A DNA stretch of 63,389 bases, the filler included, from Octopus bimaculoides (lineage: Eukaryota), in assembly GCF_001194135.2 (NCBI RefSeq). It is 4 parts of 4 records of this genome, joined end to end, with 100 filler letters (N's around TTAATTAATTAA, not from the genome) between each part and the next. Parts side by side here need not be neighbours in the genome. Positions count along the whole stretch, not along the records: positions 1 to 21,706 come from NC_068982.1; 3 more parts are not named here. One strand, written 5' to 3'. Shown in pieces: positions 1 through 14,930 of the stretch (position 1 is its first letter; each line of letters opens with the position of its first letter). Below the pieces are notes generated by a model that did not search any database, was not told where the DNA came from, and saw nothing but the letters and a program-made list of their open reading frames with translations. Made by a program: the position numbers and the translations under genes.

Positions 1-9
1 TATATATAT

Positions 10-190
10 TGTGAGAATTTACGAAGAAACAAAAGACGAAGACGGGTGTGTAAACCACGAACAGATGTATTAGTTTAACGCTCGGGATGTGAGAAAGTAT
101 TTTACGTTTCGAGCCTATGATCTTCGACAGAAACGAGCCTAGAAATAAACATGGAGAGAAAATAAAAAAAAGGTTTAGTGGCTAGCGATC
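10..190 (-). mobile_element. Penelope-like element terminal repeat (pseudo-LTR) fragment
   Basis: Same family as 7055, 22930 and 55600; reverse complement contains GAxC-xTAG-GCTC-GAAACGT. Confidence 0.6.
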
Positions 191-475
191 TATCTATGTA
201 AATGTGTGTGTGTAGTATTTCCAGCGTGTACAATTAGATGTATAAAGTGTTCCATGAAGAATCGTCGCAAATCTGTGTCCAATTGCTGTGCGGACACTCA
301 CTATATAGGATGCATGAGACACCGTGACAAAACGTGTGTAAGCTTTTATACTGCCTGATCCAAAACCCGATAGAATTACGAAAGCTTAATTTTGTTTATT
401 GATACTTCGCAGAATTAAACCTATATTATCATTTTATAAATAATCTGATTAAAATTCGAATCTATAAATATTCTT

Positions 476-655
476 TTCTACAAGGCCTAAAATTCGAAGG
501 AGGAGAATAGTCAATTACATCGGCTCCAGTACTCAACCGTTGGTCATTTTATACGAGAGAATGAAAGGAAAATTCGACACCGGGAGAACTTGAACTCACA
601 TCATAAGGAAGCATTTTGCTCGGCATACTAACGATTCTTTCATCTCATCGTCTTA
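476..655 (-). mobile_element. tRNA-derived SINE family A (diverged)
   Basis: Matches the family consensus (A/B boxes; CTTTCATC..GTCGATAAA..GTACC core). Confidence 0.6.
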
Positions 656-2604
656 TATTTGAATCTATAAATAATAACTGTATATCCGGACTGTTATTTC
701 ATTATTGGAACCAGCTTCCTTTTATACATTTATAAAATGGAAAACAATTTAGATATAATCCAATGGATGCAACACTTTGTTTAGTTAAGTCAATACTTAA
801 CCGCAATTTGTTGGCATAATTTTCACTGTTTTCATTTTCTTTTTAAATTTGATATTCTTATTATATGATCATGCGCGTGTGAAATCGAAGATGAAAAAAG
901 ATTCTATCAAATATCAGTTGACGTGTGGTAGTTACTATAGCAACGTAAATGCAAAACACGATTGATCTTCAGCTCCTCTGTTGCATATATTGTATACAAA
1001 AGCATATATTGCGAGCTGGACACAGCCGAGTGGTTGCTAAATGAGATATTTTAGTTTCATAAAAAAAAAAAGAGATTTAAAATTCATAGAGAAAATTTAT
1101 TTATTACTTTATAGGTATAGATAAGCTGATAGAACGAGAAATCCTTTTCAAAATGTAGAAAATAAAGAAAAATTATCAACCAACTGAATAAGAATTCATA
1201 AGACTTTACAATTCCCAATATCGTTATGTACAATCAGACTGTGTGCTCGGTGTAGAATGAAGCTTATATTTCATGGAGACAATGCTAATGAAATGCAGAT
1301 ATGTTAATATATTTTGTTATCGTTAAGTTTTTCAAATTTATTCTGAATAGAAAAAGCAAAAGCGATAAATATAAAATGCGCTTATCAAATTCAGACGAGG
1401 AATATCTATGCTTTGTTTGAAAGGAATGTTGAATTTGAAATTCTGAAGATCATAAGAAAATTTGATTTAGAAATCGTGAAATGAGCAGGAACTTAGAAGG
1501 AAGTGGTTTGGAGGTTATGCGAGACAATGACAGAGAATATGAGAGGATTTAGATTGAAGTCCTACAAAACCTATATCCTGAGTAATTAAGAATACACATG
1601 CTGTGGTTATGATAGATGAGGTAACATAGCAATGGTAATGCATGAGTAATGGGAGGCAATTTATCTTATTTGGCAAATGAAAATTTGTTGAGTTGCAGTC
1701 GAAAATGTTGGCTGTGTTGAGGGTTGATATCACATCTTAGGTACCGGCTAGAAATTATTCCCTGTTAGTAACCTTATTGTAGTGGGCTATATTTTGTTTT
1801 GCAATGTTGTTTATCCATATGAAATCTTTTATAAATGTGTGTGTGATCGCCAGAAAATATCGTTGCATGTAACAAGGGTTAGTATGTGTAGAGAGAGTCA
1901 GAGTTTTAATTGTAAATTTCTATGAAAGACATGAAAGGTTGAATATGGGACGTTTTGGCGCATCCGATTTAGCGCCGCTTATTTGACACAGGCTTATTTG
2001 AGATGAAGTGTTTAAGGGCTTAAGCATATTTCACTTATGTTATGAGGGGAGGGAAAGCGTGTATGCCAATCGTATACAATTAATAAACTGCAATGTCGCT
2101 TTCTATCTGCCCCACTCTTCAGTTCTCTCTGCATATATATACTTCTTCGTGTGCTAACGTGTATGTGATTGTGTGGATATGTGTGTGCGGGTGCATGTGC
2201 CTCTCTGTGTGTGCGGGTATGTGCGTGTGTGCTGTACCAAAAATTTGCCAAAAGGAATCGAACTCTTCACCTAGCGATCGCCAGCCGAACGCCACAACTA
2301 CTAAGCCACACGCCTTCATGCACAGAAATACGTACACAGGCACACGCACATGGACACACACAAATGCACGCATACACACACACACTCACACATTTCGTAT
2401 TATACAATGAAGCATTGGAATGTACCAGAATTTCAAAATATCACTGTCTGTTTTTACTTCATTATTACAACTACATGAAGAAGCGTTAGCATGCCGGACA
2501 GAAAGCCTATTAACGTTTTGTCACTCTTTACGTTCTTAGGTCAAATTCAACCGAGTTCAACTTGGCATTTTTCAAAAGTAATATACTACGATAGATATTC
2601 TTTT

Positions 2605-2824
2605 CTATTCTATTCCAGGCACAAGGCCCGTAATTCTTGGGGGCGGGGCGAGTCGATTAGATTAGATCGTCCCAGGTACGCAACTGTTACTTAATTTATC
2701 GAACCAGAAATGATAAATGGCAAACTCAACCGCGACGGAATTTGAACTCAGAACGTAAAGACATACGAAACACCGAGAAGCATTTCGCCTGGCGTGCTAA
2801 CGTTTCTGCCAGCTCGCCGCCTTA
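2605..2824 (-). mobile_element. SINE family A
   Basis: Head AAGGCGGCGAGCTGGCAGAAACGTTAGCACGCC and B box GAGTTCAAATTCC on the minus strand. Confidence 0.85.
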
Positions 2825-4001
2825 TACTACTACCAAGTATATCACAGGCATAGAAGTTAAATCTATAGTTTATTATGATTGCAAATCGAAATGCTGTGTC
2901 CCTACCTGTAAGTAACACGTACATGCCAGTTGCTAAGAACGTGTTTAATATATAAACTCGCCTGTCCTTATGTGTAACACCGATAAATTTAGTTGCCATT
3001 TAAACAATTTGTTCGTGGATGAGTGATGAGTTCTATGTGGAGCTGATACAGGAGCAATCATTCCNNNNNNNNNNNNNNNNNNNNNNNNNNNNNNNNNNNN
3101 NNNNNNNNNNNNNNNNNNNNNNNNNNNNNNNNNNNNNNNNNNNNNNNNNNNNNNNNNNNNNNNNNNNNNNNNNNNNNNNNNNNNNNNNNNNNNNNNNNNN
3201 NNNNNNNNNNNNNNNNNNNNNNNNNNNNNNNNNNNNNNNNNNNNNNNNNNNNNNNNNNNNNNNNNNNNNNNNNNNNNNNNNNNNNNNNNNNNNNNNNNNN
3301 NTATATATATATACACATACATACGTTTATATCTCTATACACGCACATACACACATATATGTATATACATATGTTTTTGTGTGTATAAACGTACACACAC
3401 ACACTGGCAAGCGTGCTAGTATAAAATTGCACAAACACATCAGACTTAATTTAATCTTATGGTAATATAATTATAAAATATCTACAATGAACAAGATATC
3501 AGCCTCTGGTTAGTGTTTGCCATGACTAGAATTTAACTTGGAATTGAATTAAAGCTCACTTCATATATTCAGCTAATAATTTGGCAAATCCATCAGTTGT
3601 GTATCTGTACGTAAAAAAATACGATGTTCCTGCTCTGTAAAATATGAGCAGTTTTTGTCTAATCATTAGATATTTCCGTAGTATATTTATATTATGCTAT
3701 CTAAGAGTTGCAGCTGATCGACTTAACTGGGTGTTCGCTTACCACCCAAGAGATACACTGATTATATATAATCACTTCATTTAACTATCTTTCGAGAACT
3801 GTTGAGTGTCCACATGGGCATGCCTCCTGCTAGAATTAACACCCAAACTTTCCTCAAATCACATCAGATTTAACAAAAATGAAACGGTGATGTTACGGAT
3901 GCCGTATGACTAAAAATAAGAGACAAATCACATTTTCGAAATGTCGGTGATTATAGATCAGCTAGAAGAGTCTTCACTTGCGTAAAATATGAAGTATCCT
4001 T

Positions 4002-4440
4002 AAAGGCAGTGTGCACGGTACAATTGTTAGCACCGCGGGAAAAATGCTTAGCGGCATTTTGTATGCCTTTACGTTCGGAGTTTAAATACAGCCACAGTTA
4101 TCTTTGCTTCTCCTCCTTTCGAGGCCAATAAATTAAGTACCAATTGAGATCGTTGTAATTGAATTGAGCCCTCTCCGGAAGTTGCTGGCATTGCGCAAAA
4201 ATCTGAAACCAATATAAGCAAAGCTTAAGACAGAGGCGTTTGCAAAATTCTTAACATGTCCGGCAAAATGCTTAGCGGCGTTTTGTATGTCTTTATAACG
4301 TTCTGAGATTAAGTTCCACTGAGACGGGCTTTGCATTTATCAAGGTCGATAAAGTAAATACCAGTTAGAGATTGCAGTCGACGTAATTGACTTAGCGCTT
4401 CCTACGAAATTGCTGACCTTGTCCCAAAATTTGAATCGAT
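4002..4440 (+). mobile_element. Two tandem SINE family A copies
   Basis: Two heads containing AAATGCTTAGCGGC, at about 4002 and 4225. Confidence 0.75.
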
Positions 4441-5942
4441 ATATGCATAGCTGGGGAAACGAATTGTAAAACTAGCAATATTAGAAAATATTTATTAATA
4501 TATGGTTTTATTAGCTTTCTGAACCGATTTCAAATATTTGTAAGTCACGTTAGTATTAATATATATCCAATTGACAGCCGAGTTCATTTTAGCGTTATCG
4601 TCTCGTCTTTCCATCTCTCTATTCGTCCTTCACACTTTCTATCTCTTCCTTTTTATCGACATGCGTCTCCTACATATATTTGTAAGCCCTACTTTCGTAC
4701 TTGCACTATTGGTCACTGCGACTCAGGAATTTCAGATGAATACTGGTAGCTACCCGCATCATTGCGGGTAGCTGAAAATAGGGTTCCCCGAGTAATTCCA
4801 TACGATTACAGAAACATTGTAATAATGACATTTTACTAAAATATATAAAACAATGTGTTTATCAAAATATATTCACAATCAAATAGTACCGAGAATATAG
4901 AAAAAAGAGAAAAAGAAAAACAGAGAGAGAAAAGTTTTATATATCACTTAAATAGTAATGGCCTCTCTGAATCATGATGTGCGTACGTCTGTATATGTGT
5001 GTATGGTGGGGTACGTGTGCTTGTGTGAATGCCTGTGTGTTCATGTGAGAGTGTTTAGGTGTATGTGTGTTTGTGTATGTATATGTTTGAGTGTTTATGT
5101 TAGTGTGTCTGTGCGTGCGTGTATACGTGTATATATGTCTGTGTGTGCATCTGTGAGGGTTAGTGTGTGTGTCCGTGTGTGCATGCGTATGTTCGTGAGT
5201 GTGAGCTTATATACGTGTATAAGTGTATTTGTGTATGTTTTTCTGTGAGTGTGTGTTTCTGTGTGTGAATGCTTACATGAATATGAATATTTACACGTGC
5301 ATATGTGTATGTGTGTATGTGTGTATGTGTGTATGTGCATGTGTGTGTCTGTGTGTGCATGGGTACGTATGAGAATGTGAGTATGTATAGGTTTATATGT
5401 GTATGTGTATTTGTGTGTGAGGGCATTATATGTTAACGTATAATTTTGCTTTTTCCTCCTCGTTAAACACGTGTAGGTATGTGTTGTGTATGAAGTTTAT
5501 TACATCCACATGTGTATGTGTAGGCGTCAAATTACGACACATTATTTCTAGTGTTTTGGATGTTAAACAGAAATTCCTGGAATTGTCAACCAATCATTAA
5601 GATCTTATTTCGTTTTAAATGTCTCACCGAAATATGAATTAAATAACACTGTACTCTTTACTTAGCCATTTCGTTACCATTTAGATCAGGAAAACGACGT
5701 ATTGTATGCAAATTAGCATATATCACCCGTAATATCAATTCTTTCATAATTTAATGAAAATGCAAATCTCTGATTCTTTTATGCATCACATAATTTATCA
5801 AATAGAATAATGTTTACCAAATATTTCGAAAGTTAAAAAGTGTGTGTGCGCGCAGAGAGATATTTGAGAGAAGTGAGCAGGGAAGGTCATTGTATAATGT
5901 AGTGAAGGATACGAAGCGTAGATCTGTCTGTCTGTCTGTCGT

Positions 5943-5975
<33 letters not shown>

Positions 5976-6074
5976 TTACACACACACACGCGCACGGACA
6001 CACACACACACACACACATATAGACCCTCACGAGCTGAAATTAGTTTCAGTTATAAATAGCTCAAGTATATCTA

Positions 6075-7050
6075 CGTGATCTGATCAATAAGTACCCGGA
6101 CTGTTCGCATAGTAACGAAGCTAAAGCACACAGAGTAAAACCGGTTAGTGCAGATTCACCATGAACACTGTTGTATATGTGCACTAAGTTTTAAAGTTGT
6201 AGCTCTATTCTTCTGTTTCCAGCAGTGCTTGGAAAGAACGTGTGTAGCGTATGATCGCTGCCTTGACCATGACAGAGAAACTTGAGCAGAGAATTTACAT
6301 CAAATGTTGTGAAAAGATTGGTGATACCTGCTCAGAGGCCTACGCAACGTTGCAGAAAGTGTATAGAAAGGATTGTATGACCCGGAAAAATTTCGATAGC
6401 GGCGAACATTCTGGGAGATCCGCAACGAGCAGAACTGAGAAAAACGACACTATGTGCGTGCAGCTCTGACGGGAAAATCGTCGAATCACCATCCGTGAGT
6501 TATCAGAGCATGTGCGGATTAGTTACGGTTCAGTTCATTATCACAGATGGTCTGGGTATGAGACGCGTGTCTGCCAATTCTGGACTAAAAGTGCCTTCGG
6601 CTGACCAAAAAGGCTCCCGGGTTCCAGATGTACAAGATCTTGACCTTATCGAGAATGATGAAAACTATTTGAAAACGATCATAACAGGTGATGAATCGTG
6701 GGTCTATGGCCATGACTCCGAAACAAAGGCTCAGTGGAAGACCCCAACTTCCCCGAGACCGAAGAAAGCACGAACTAGTCGAAGCAATGCAAAGACACTG
6801 TTGACCATTTTCTTCGCCTACAAGGGGATTGTTCAGCATGGGTATGCTCCATCTGGTCAGACAGTAAACAAGGCGTGCTACAGTTACATTTTACAGCGTT
6901 TGCATGATGTTATTCGTCGGAGAAGGTCACAATTCTATGCGTCTGGTGAGTGGCAATTGCACGATGACAACATACCTGCCCATCCAACGCAGCTTGAGCA
7001 GTAGTTTTGGCTAGGCACAGCATTCCCCAGTCACCGTATTTCTCAAACGG
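6075..7050 (+). mobile_element. Mariner (D,D34D-type) transposon, frameshifted and 3'-truncated
   Basis: TA followed by TIR-like CGTGATCTGATCAATAAGTACCCGGAC; MTEKLEQRIYIK, RRITIREL, IITGDESWVYGHD and LHDDNIPAH motifs; the third-Asp region is missing. Confidence 0.9.
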
Positions 7051-7054
7051 CTAA

Positions 7055-7205
7055 CTTCAACAGTTTTTTTTTTGTTTTTCACTCTTATTTCCTGGTGTTC
7101 CTTTTTGGTGGAAAAGCGTAGGCTCGAAATGTAAAAGACTTCATCACCTTCCCGAGCGTCAAACTAATACACCTGTTTTTTTGTTTATACACCTGTCTTC
7201 GTCTT
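7055..7205 (+). mobile_element. Penelope-like terminal repeat fragment
   Basis: AAAGCGTAGGCTCGAAATGTAAAAGAC...CCCGAGCGTCAAACTAATACACC, shared with the other three copies. Confidence 0.6.
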
Positions 7206-8799
7206 ACGTTTTTCTGTAAATTTCAGCTATATATATATATGTGTGTATGAGTGTGTGAGTGTGTGTGTGTGTATGAGTGTATGTGTGTGCGTGCGTGTGT
7301 GTGTGCATATGCGTATACATAAATGCACTTTCTTTTCTCCCTAACTTTGTGACAGTGAAAGCAGCTTCATCAGTGTAGCCGTTCCAGAAGTTAAACAAGT
7401 AACTATGTCTCAAAAAATATTAAGCAGATTTCAGAATCTACTTAAAACTTCTCCATTGTCAGGAATGGCATGGCATTTTTGCTTCAGCGATTTATTCTAG
7501 ATGTATTGTGTGGAACACATGTTGATCTTATGAATGAAAACTTGAACTTTTGAACTCGTGATTTCATTTCAGAAAGGAATTGATGATAGAGTGGTTTTTA
7601 ATCGCTATGTATTTTTTATGTTCTGCTAAACATAGCACATTATATTTTATTTTATTTTTACCCTTTGTTAATATATATGTTCAAAAAGAAATTTGGGTCA
7701 CGTCAGATGAAGGTCAAATGTGGAGGGATAGATAGCTTCTATTGTGTGATTATGGTTGATAGTGTTTAGGCACAAATATATACGTACGAGTTAGCAGGAT
7801 ATACATCCACACACTCTCACACACTTAAACATATATGTGGGTATATGTATATGTGTGAGTATGTGGGTACGTGTCTATATATGCTACGTATGTATGTGTA
7901 AAAGTTAAAATTTTAGAATGTACGAGAGGTGTATATATCATTTTACTATTTGTCTTCCTTAGGGTTACGGCTGTTTCGCTATCTCCTGCATATAGTAATT
8001 TTAATGTGTAATAAATTATATCTCCATGTTTGCAATAAAATGTTATTTACGCACTATACAATACGGTTGTTTTGTGCATTCACAAAACTATGCAGAGCAG
8101 TTAAAGAAAGCTCTCCAGATCATCAGAACATCATAGTTACACCGATGATTCAACTCCATATATACATACATTTGTATGTGTGCTTGCGCGTAGATAGCTA
8201 GACGGATAGATAAGACGCACACATTGACATATATGCATACATAAGATTGTGTAAAGGTGTTCTTTTTTCTCTCACATTTTTCACCCATTCGAGGAGTACG
8301 TCTTTTTCATTACTTAATTTAATATCTGATATTTATTTTATACCTTCTGATGGCGAACCGCCACATAATGTGGACATAAATAAACTCACTGCAGTTTTTA
8401 AGCAGTGAGAAACAACTGCGAACAAAAAAAACAAACGCTTACATATACAAACATATGTTGAGTTTCCGTGCAATTTCCTTCTACCAGATAGAATCGCAAT
8501 ACATTAATCGGTTGCATACTACACTCGAAAAATCTTGCACAAGACGCCGCATTCGGTGAATAAACATGAAGGAATATGTTTTTAAAATGAATTTATTACC
8601 CATACAGAATATCCGCAGCACAATTATACACGCTTTCACATACGTACTCACACACATGCATAGACACCCAGCGGCATATATTTTGGCCTTTCCTTTCTCC
8701 AATTTACATTCACCATGCATTGTCTAACCTCAGGTTAGAAACATTTGCCCCAGTGCCAATTCAAGACACGCCTGTATTTAAATTCCACTGCTTTCATTT

Positions 8800-8940
8800 T
8801 ATGTATGTATGTATGTATGCATGTATGTATGTATGTATGTATGTATATATGTATGTATGTATGTATGTATGCATGTATGTATACATGTATGTATGTATGT
8901 ATGTATGTATGTATGTATATATGTATGTATGTATGCATAT
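8800..8940. repeat. (TATG)n microsatellite
   Basis: Direct reading. Confidence 0.95.
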
Positions 8941-11269
8941 GAACGGTAGGCAGAAATGGACATCAGAAGGGGGCGGGCACTAGCAAGACAGGAAGGGAAC
9001 GGGTGAGTGAGTAATTTGATTACTGACCAGTTGTTCTCTATTTTTCAGTTCTCGGAAATTTAGCGCTGCATAACAGCCGTATTATTCCCATATTATACAC
9101 AAATGACTTACTATATGACAGACAAACTGGGAGTAAACGCGAAAGAGAAAAACATAAATAAACGAAAAGTTTAATTTGCTATGTTTTCAAAGCGTTCTCT
9201 TTCTAAATCTCTTCTCTCCCTTTTTCACCACTATACATAGAGGAAACACCTTAAAAATTGCTGAGCGTTGTTTATTCAACAAACATTGTTAATTCCGAGT
9301 TCATATGAGCGTGTACATTTGTTAAAGGATTTTATTAATTAATTCAATGTACTTCTCTTGTTATACGTATTTTTGTAACTCATGGGATTCTTGTGTAAAC
9401 AGTGATATTCAGGTTGGTTTACATGAGTCCTATAATTCATTGAATAATTATATTAAAAATACATTATAAAATTATATTAAATATATTTTTAAATGTCTGT
9501 AATATAAAGAAAGATGAAAATAAAATCTAGATTGATGTATATGAGGCTGATGGTTACGAATACGAAGTTGACGCTGAAGTTACTGAATTTGTTAATGACG
9601 AACTTCAAGGGAATACCCTGTATTAATATGGTTTTGAATACTCTGTCCTTTCGCATATCTTTATGAAACTGTTTGTTGTGTGTGCGTGTGTGTGTGTGAA
9701 CGCATGCATGCGCATGTGTGTATGTGTGTGTATGCGTGTGTGTTTATTTCAAAGATACGTTTTTTTGTATACCGTAAACCGTCTCTGTTCTTTCTTTGAC
9801 ATGAAAGTAATGTCAATTTTTTTGTCTCTAATTTCCCTTCAAATATTTTCTTTAATCATAATGCATCGGAAACAGACCTGTAACTACACACTGCCCGTTC
9901 ATACGATCATACCATTTGAACGCTTGCATATGACCTTTGCATTATATTTTGTCAATATTTGCGAAACACGAGTTTTACCTTTGCCAAGGTTTGTCAGGAG
10001 AAAGGTCAACATAAAATCAGCATTANNNNNNNNNNNNNNNNNNNNNNNNNNNNNNNNNNNNNNNNNNNNNNNNNNNNNNNNNNNNNNNNNNNNNNNNNNN
10101 NNNNNNNNNNNNNNNNNNNNNNNNNNNNNNNNNNNNNNNNNNNNNNNNNNNNNNNNNNNNNNNNNNNNNNNNNNNNNNNNNNNNNNNNNNNNNNNNNNNN
10201 NNNNNNNNNNNNNNNNNNNNNNNNNNNNNNNNNNNNNNNNNNNNNNNNNNNNNNNNNNNNNNNNNNNNNNNNNNNNNNNNNNNNNNNNNNNNNNNNNNNN
10301 NNNNNNNNNNNNNNNNNNNNNNNNNNNNNNNNNNNNNNNNNNNNNNNNNNNNNNNNNNNNNNNNNNNNNNNNNNNNNNNNNNNNNNNNNNNNNNNNNNNN
10401 NNNNNNNNNNNNNNNNNNNNNNNNNNNNNNNNNNNNNNNNNNNNNNNNNNNNNNNNNNNNNNNNNNNNNNNNNNNNNNNNNNNNNNNNNNNNNNNNNNNN
10501 NNNNNNNNNNNNNNNNNNNNNNNNNNNNNNNNNNNNNNNNNNNNNNNNNNNNNNNNNNNNNNNNNNNNNNNNNNNNNNNNNNNNNNNNNNNNNNNNNNNN
10601 NNNNNNNNNNNNNNNNNNNNNNNNNNNNNNNNNNNNNNNNNNNNNNNNNNNNNNNNNNNNNNNNNNNNNNNNNNNNNNNNNNNNNNNNNNNNNNNNNNNN
10701 NNNNNNNNCATAAACTAAATCAATTAAATATAAACAAACAGGTTATAAAAGACAATAACTGAGAACATATTTCAAACATTATCTAATATCAAACGCATGA
10801 TATTAGATAAGGTATGACGTAATTTCAATAAAATATTAACCAGAAAGACTCGCTGTTGTGGTCATTGCTGGTGTTTCAGCTACTGTTATATTTGGTTAAA
10901 CTGGTTTTAGATCTGGTAGGCCTCTGTTCAAAGGCGCTCCGGTTAAGACATCAGAGCTGGTATTGTCTAATAATTTCTCCCTTATTCGTTTTTGGTGTGT
11001 TGTTCATCTCTAGACCTGACTTGATCAAGCAAAATTCCGATCACAGCTTACCCAGCTAACCATGCCATCTTCTTTTACAGCTTCTTTTGATCTAAAATAT
11101 ATTTTCCTGTTTGAATGTTGGTAGTGTTATGAGGCAAGATAAGCACTGGTGCTACTCTTATCAGATCGAACGATCCATACAGGCTCACTGATTCGACGTT
11201 GCAGGAATTTGTTATTCAGGAAACCGAAAATTTTTATTGCTAGCTGGAAAAATTATAGTACTGAAATAA

Positions 11270-11466
11270 GGATTTCAAATTGTGGTACAAGGCCAGCATG
11301 TTCGTTGGGAAGAGCTAGGCAATTATAGTAATCCCTAGTTCTCAATTGTTATTTATTTTATCGACCCCGAAAAGATGAAAGGCAAAGGCGACTTCAGTGG
11401 AATGTGATCTCCGAAAGTGAAGACAAACGCAATACTGCTAAACATCCTGCCAGTACGCCGCCTTAC
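11270..11466 (-). mobile_element. SINE family A
   Basis: TTTATCGACCCCGAAAAGATGAAAGGCAAAGGCGAC core. Confidence 0.78.
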
Positions 11467-12759
11467 AATGCACTGGAAAATGCAATAGATCAACAACATT
11501 TTTTTCTTTTTTTACTTTGTTTATACTTAACTTATGTTTGAATAATATTTAAAGAATATTTAAATCATATGGCATATGATCCTGTATACAGTTCTATTTG
11601 CGACAACGTATCATATGCCACATTATATCGTATTTGAATTTGATTTAAAAAAAAAAATATTCGAATTTAAGCATTGAAAATAGAGAAAAAATATGCTGTT
11701 TATTTTAGAAGTAATTTTATAAGTAATCTCATATATACGAGGGATATCTTAGTGACGTCTTATTCGGAGATTTATATGAATGTTACTTACATTGCAAATA
11801 TATACTGGAAAACTGTATATTTACGAAGCAGAAAAACGAAAACAATGATATTTTGTTAATAGAAGATAATTTCTCCTGCCTCCCACACTTGCGATATGTA
11901 TTTTGCTGCCTTAGGTTAATAAAGGGAACAATCATTCTTATTATTTACATCAGGTTGATACTACGAAATGTATATTTTAGGCGGTCCGATATAAATGTAT
12001 ACAACTATTTTGGGTGTCGTTTTAAACGATTACTTTCTCAATGAACAACTGTGCTATTGTAATATTAAATAACAAACTGCGAGTTTCAGAATCTGAATAT
12101 ACAACAACACGTATTAATTGGGTCAGTGAAGTAGTGGAGCAAGAATTTTTTTCATTAGTTTACACAAATATCAAACGGAATGTGATAGAAGATATCGATT
12201 TCATTGACAATTAACCCCATTTTTTATAATCAAATTCAATTTAAATTCCACTCGTCTGCTGCTGTCAATAGTACAGATGATGTTTTCCTTACTGCGGTTT
12301 TCGCTGTTGTTGCTGCTGATGTTCCTGCTGCAACTAAGTGTAATATTCTTAGTGACACCAATAATTGTAACAATAAAACTATTACTTTATCTATTTATGT
12401 GCCTACAATATGATGACTGATGAAAGATATTTGATGCTGCAAGTTTCGTATTATTCCGCGATTCTTCGCAGAAAATCGGAAAAGAATTTTAGCTTTAATG
12501 TGTCACTTCTAATTTATTGTATAAGTACACAATTTTTCGCAATAATATATTATCAATAATTGTTATTAATCGCAACATATCTGATATTTTTTCATATTTA
12601 TAGAAATTCAGGGGAGATAATTCTATCTTCCGGAAATAATTCACATCAATTTCCTTGAACTTGAATGAAAATATTATGATATTTTATATCTAAATGTTTA
12701 ATGTTAATTAAGATATATGACAAGAGTTAACACAAATTCTAATTAGCATTCTCGGTTGA

Positions 12760-13100
12760 TATTAGCAGTTGGCACGGAGGCTACCTGGCAGTCTCATTAG
12801 CACGTCAGGCAAAATGCTTTGCGGTATTTCATCCGACTTTACGTTCTGATTTCAGATTTCGCCGAGGTCGATTTTTCTTTCACCCTCTCGGGGAAAATAG
12901 AGTACGTAACCGTAGAGCACTGGGGTCGTCATAATCGACTTATCCTCTCCAGTAAACTGCTGGCAAGGCTATCTGGCAGACTCTTTAGCACGTGGGGGTA
13001 AAATGTTTAGAGGCATTTTGTCCGTTTTGACTTTCTGAGTTCAAATTCCGATAAAGTTGAATTTGACTTTCATTCTCTCGAGGTCGATCATATAATTACC
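12760..13100 (+). mobile_element. Two tandem SINE family A copies
   Basis: Two GCAAAATG(C/T)TT.G heads, each with a GGTCGAT core. Confidence 0.72.
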
Positions 13101-13569
13101 ATTTGAGCACTTATGATATTTCTTCTTACATTATCCACTCAATGTAGACGTTCAACAATTGTGGAGAAAAAATACAACCCTGTGTTGTCATTATTTACTC
13201 GAATGCAGGACATTTGCTGAGCATGAAGAAACTTCATGAGCCTAATGATGTTTTCGGAGACCGAGAATAGACATGAGTCTCCATATGTGGCCATAGTTTA
13301 CAGTGTCAAAACTCTTTCTGTAGTCAACGTAGCCAAGGAAATTTATAAGAATATGTGCTGTTTATTTTCTAAAATTGTTTGGGTTTTGTGCAGATGTTTT
13401 CTTGTGCCATGTCTACCTCTAAGGCCAGCCGGTACTTTAGCTATTTCTTCTTCAAGGAATAGATCATAATTCTTGTATAGTGATCAAAATTACTTTACTT
13501 TCTGTACTTGCTAAGACTGAAGCCGGACTACAAGAAATGAATGAGTTGAGAAGGTATCAATTACGCAAA

Positions 13570-14145
13570 GATTTTATCTCAACCATAAGAAACAAAAATC
13601 ATGGTTGTAGAAAAACAGAAAGTAAAATGTCAACAGCAATCTAGACAGACAGAGGCTCGAACACGTTAGATTGTACGTGTATCTCAGGGCCTGAATCGCT
13701 GATAGAAATTAGCGCACATCTAGCCATCGCAACAGCATCCATAGAAAACCTTAATAATATCTAGAGCAGCAAAATGGTCCCAGCTAAGTTTCAAACAAGG
13801 TTAGCGCTAGCTATCATTTGACCAGAAGGCATTTATGGTTATGAAGCATGCACTCTGAAAAAATTTGAAGAGAATATAATCAATGCATTTGAAATATGGA
13901 CGTATAGGCAAATGTTATGAGTTTCTTATAAGGAACATTTGGTATATGAATGGGTGTTACAAGAAATAGGTGAAAACAACTCATGAAAGTTATGAAAAAA
14001 GAAAAAAAAACAAAGCTTATCTATTATGACCATATACCAATAAACAGAAGTTAGGAAAGCATTATCATGGAAGGAAGAGTAGAGAGCAGAAAATCAAGAA
14101 GAAGGCTAATAAACCACTGGATGGACAATATCAAGGCAGTTGTTG
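13570..14145 (+). mobile_element. RTE-clade LINE 3' fragment
   Basis: NAFEIWTYRQML*VSYKEH and IMEGRVESRKSRRRLINHWMDNIK resemble the RTE ORF C-terminus. Confidence 0.8.
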
Positions 14146-14829
14146 TATCGTCAACGTAATGCCGGCGCTAGATAGATGACAAGGACGACGAAATACAGTA
14201 TATATTAATACATATAAGCGTATGTTTTCATGTATGTCTATATATTTATGTGTGTATGCATATATCTGTGTATACACATATATCTATGCTTCGATATGTA
14301 TATGTATATTTGTATGTCTATATATATGTATATGTGTATGAATATATACACATAATTACTCAAATATTATACTCATAAGTTTTTGCTTGTGTGTGTGTGT
14401 GTGAGAGAATGTTTATGCGTGTATGTGTATATATCTTTGTATGTGTTTGTATGCGTATGTGTAAAATAAGACGATGTGAATATGCATGGTATTTATGTAT
14501 GGTTCGAAGATATTAGGAAACGAAATCTGTATAGAAACGGTATGTGTTTTACAAGAGCCCGTTGAAGTAGTTAAGAAATAAAAGAGTAAAGGACAACTGG
14601 CATCATAAGTATGTTACATACAAGGCGGGTATTATATATATATACCGCACCCACAAATACACTTATACATGCAAACGTAAACACACATACATATATACAT
14701 CTTTGCTTATATATATTTCCATATTCACACATACATACATATACGTATATCTATTTATGCATTGGTATGTATACACACACAAACACTCACACACAGTCAC
14801 ACACATACATACACACACGCATACACACG

Positions 14830-14930
<101 letters not shown>

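Noticed and set aside
8488-8555. AG/GT-bounded open frame IESQYINRLHTTLEKSCTRRRI, and a nearby acceptor at 9048
   Set aside because: No domain similarity and no supported partner exons; the 9003-9048 intron would be only 46 nt. Such matches are expected by chance.
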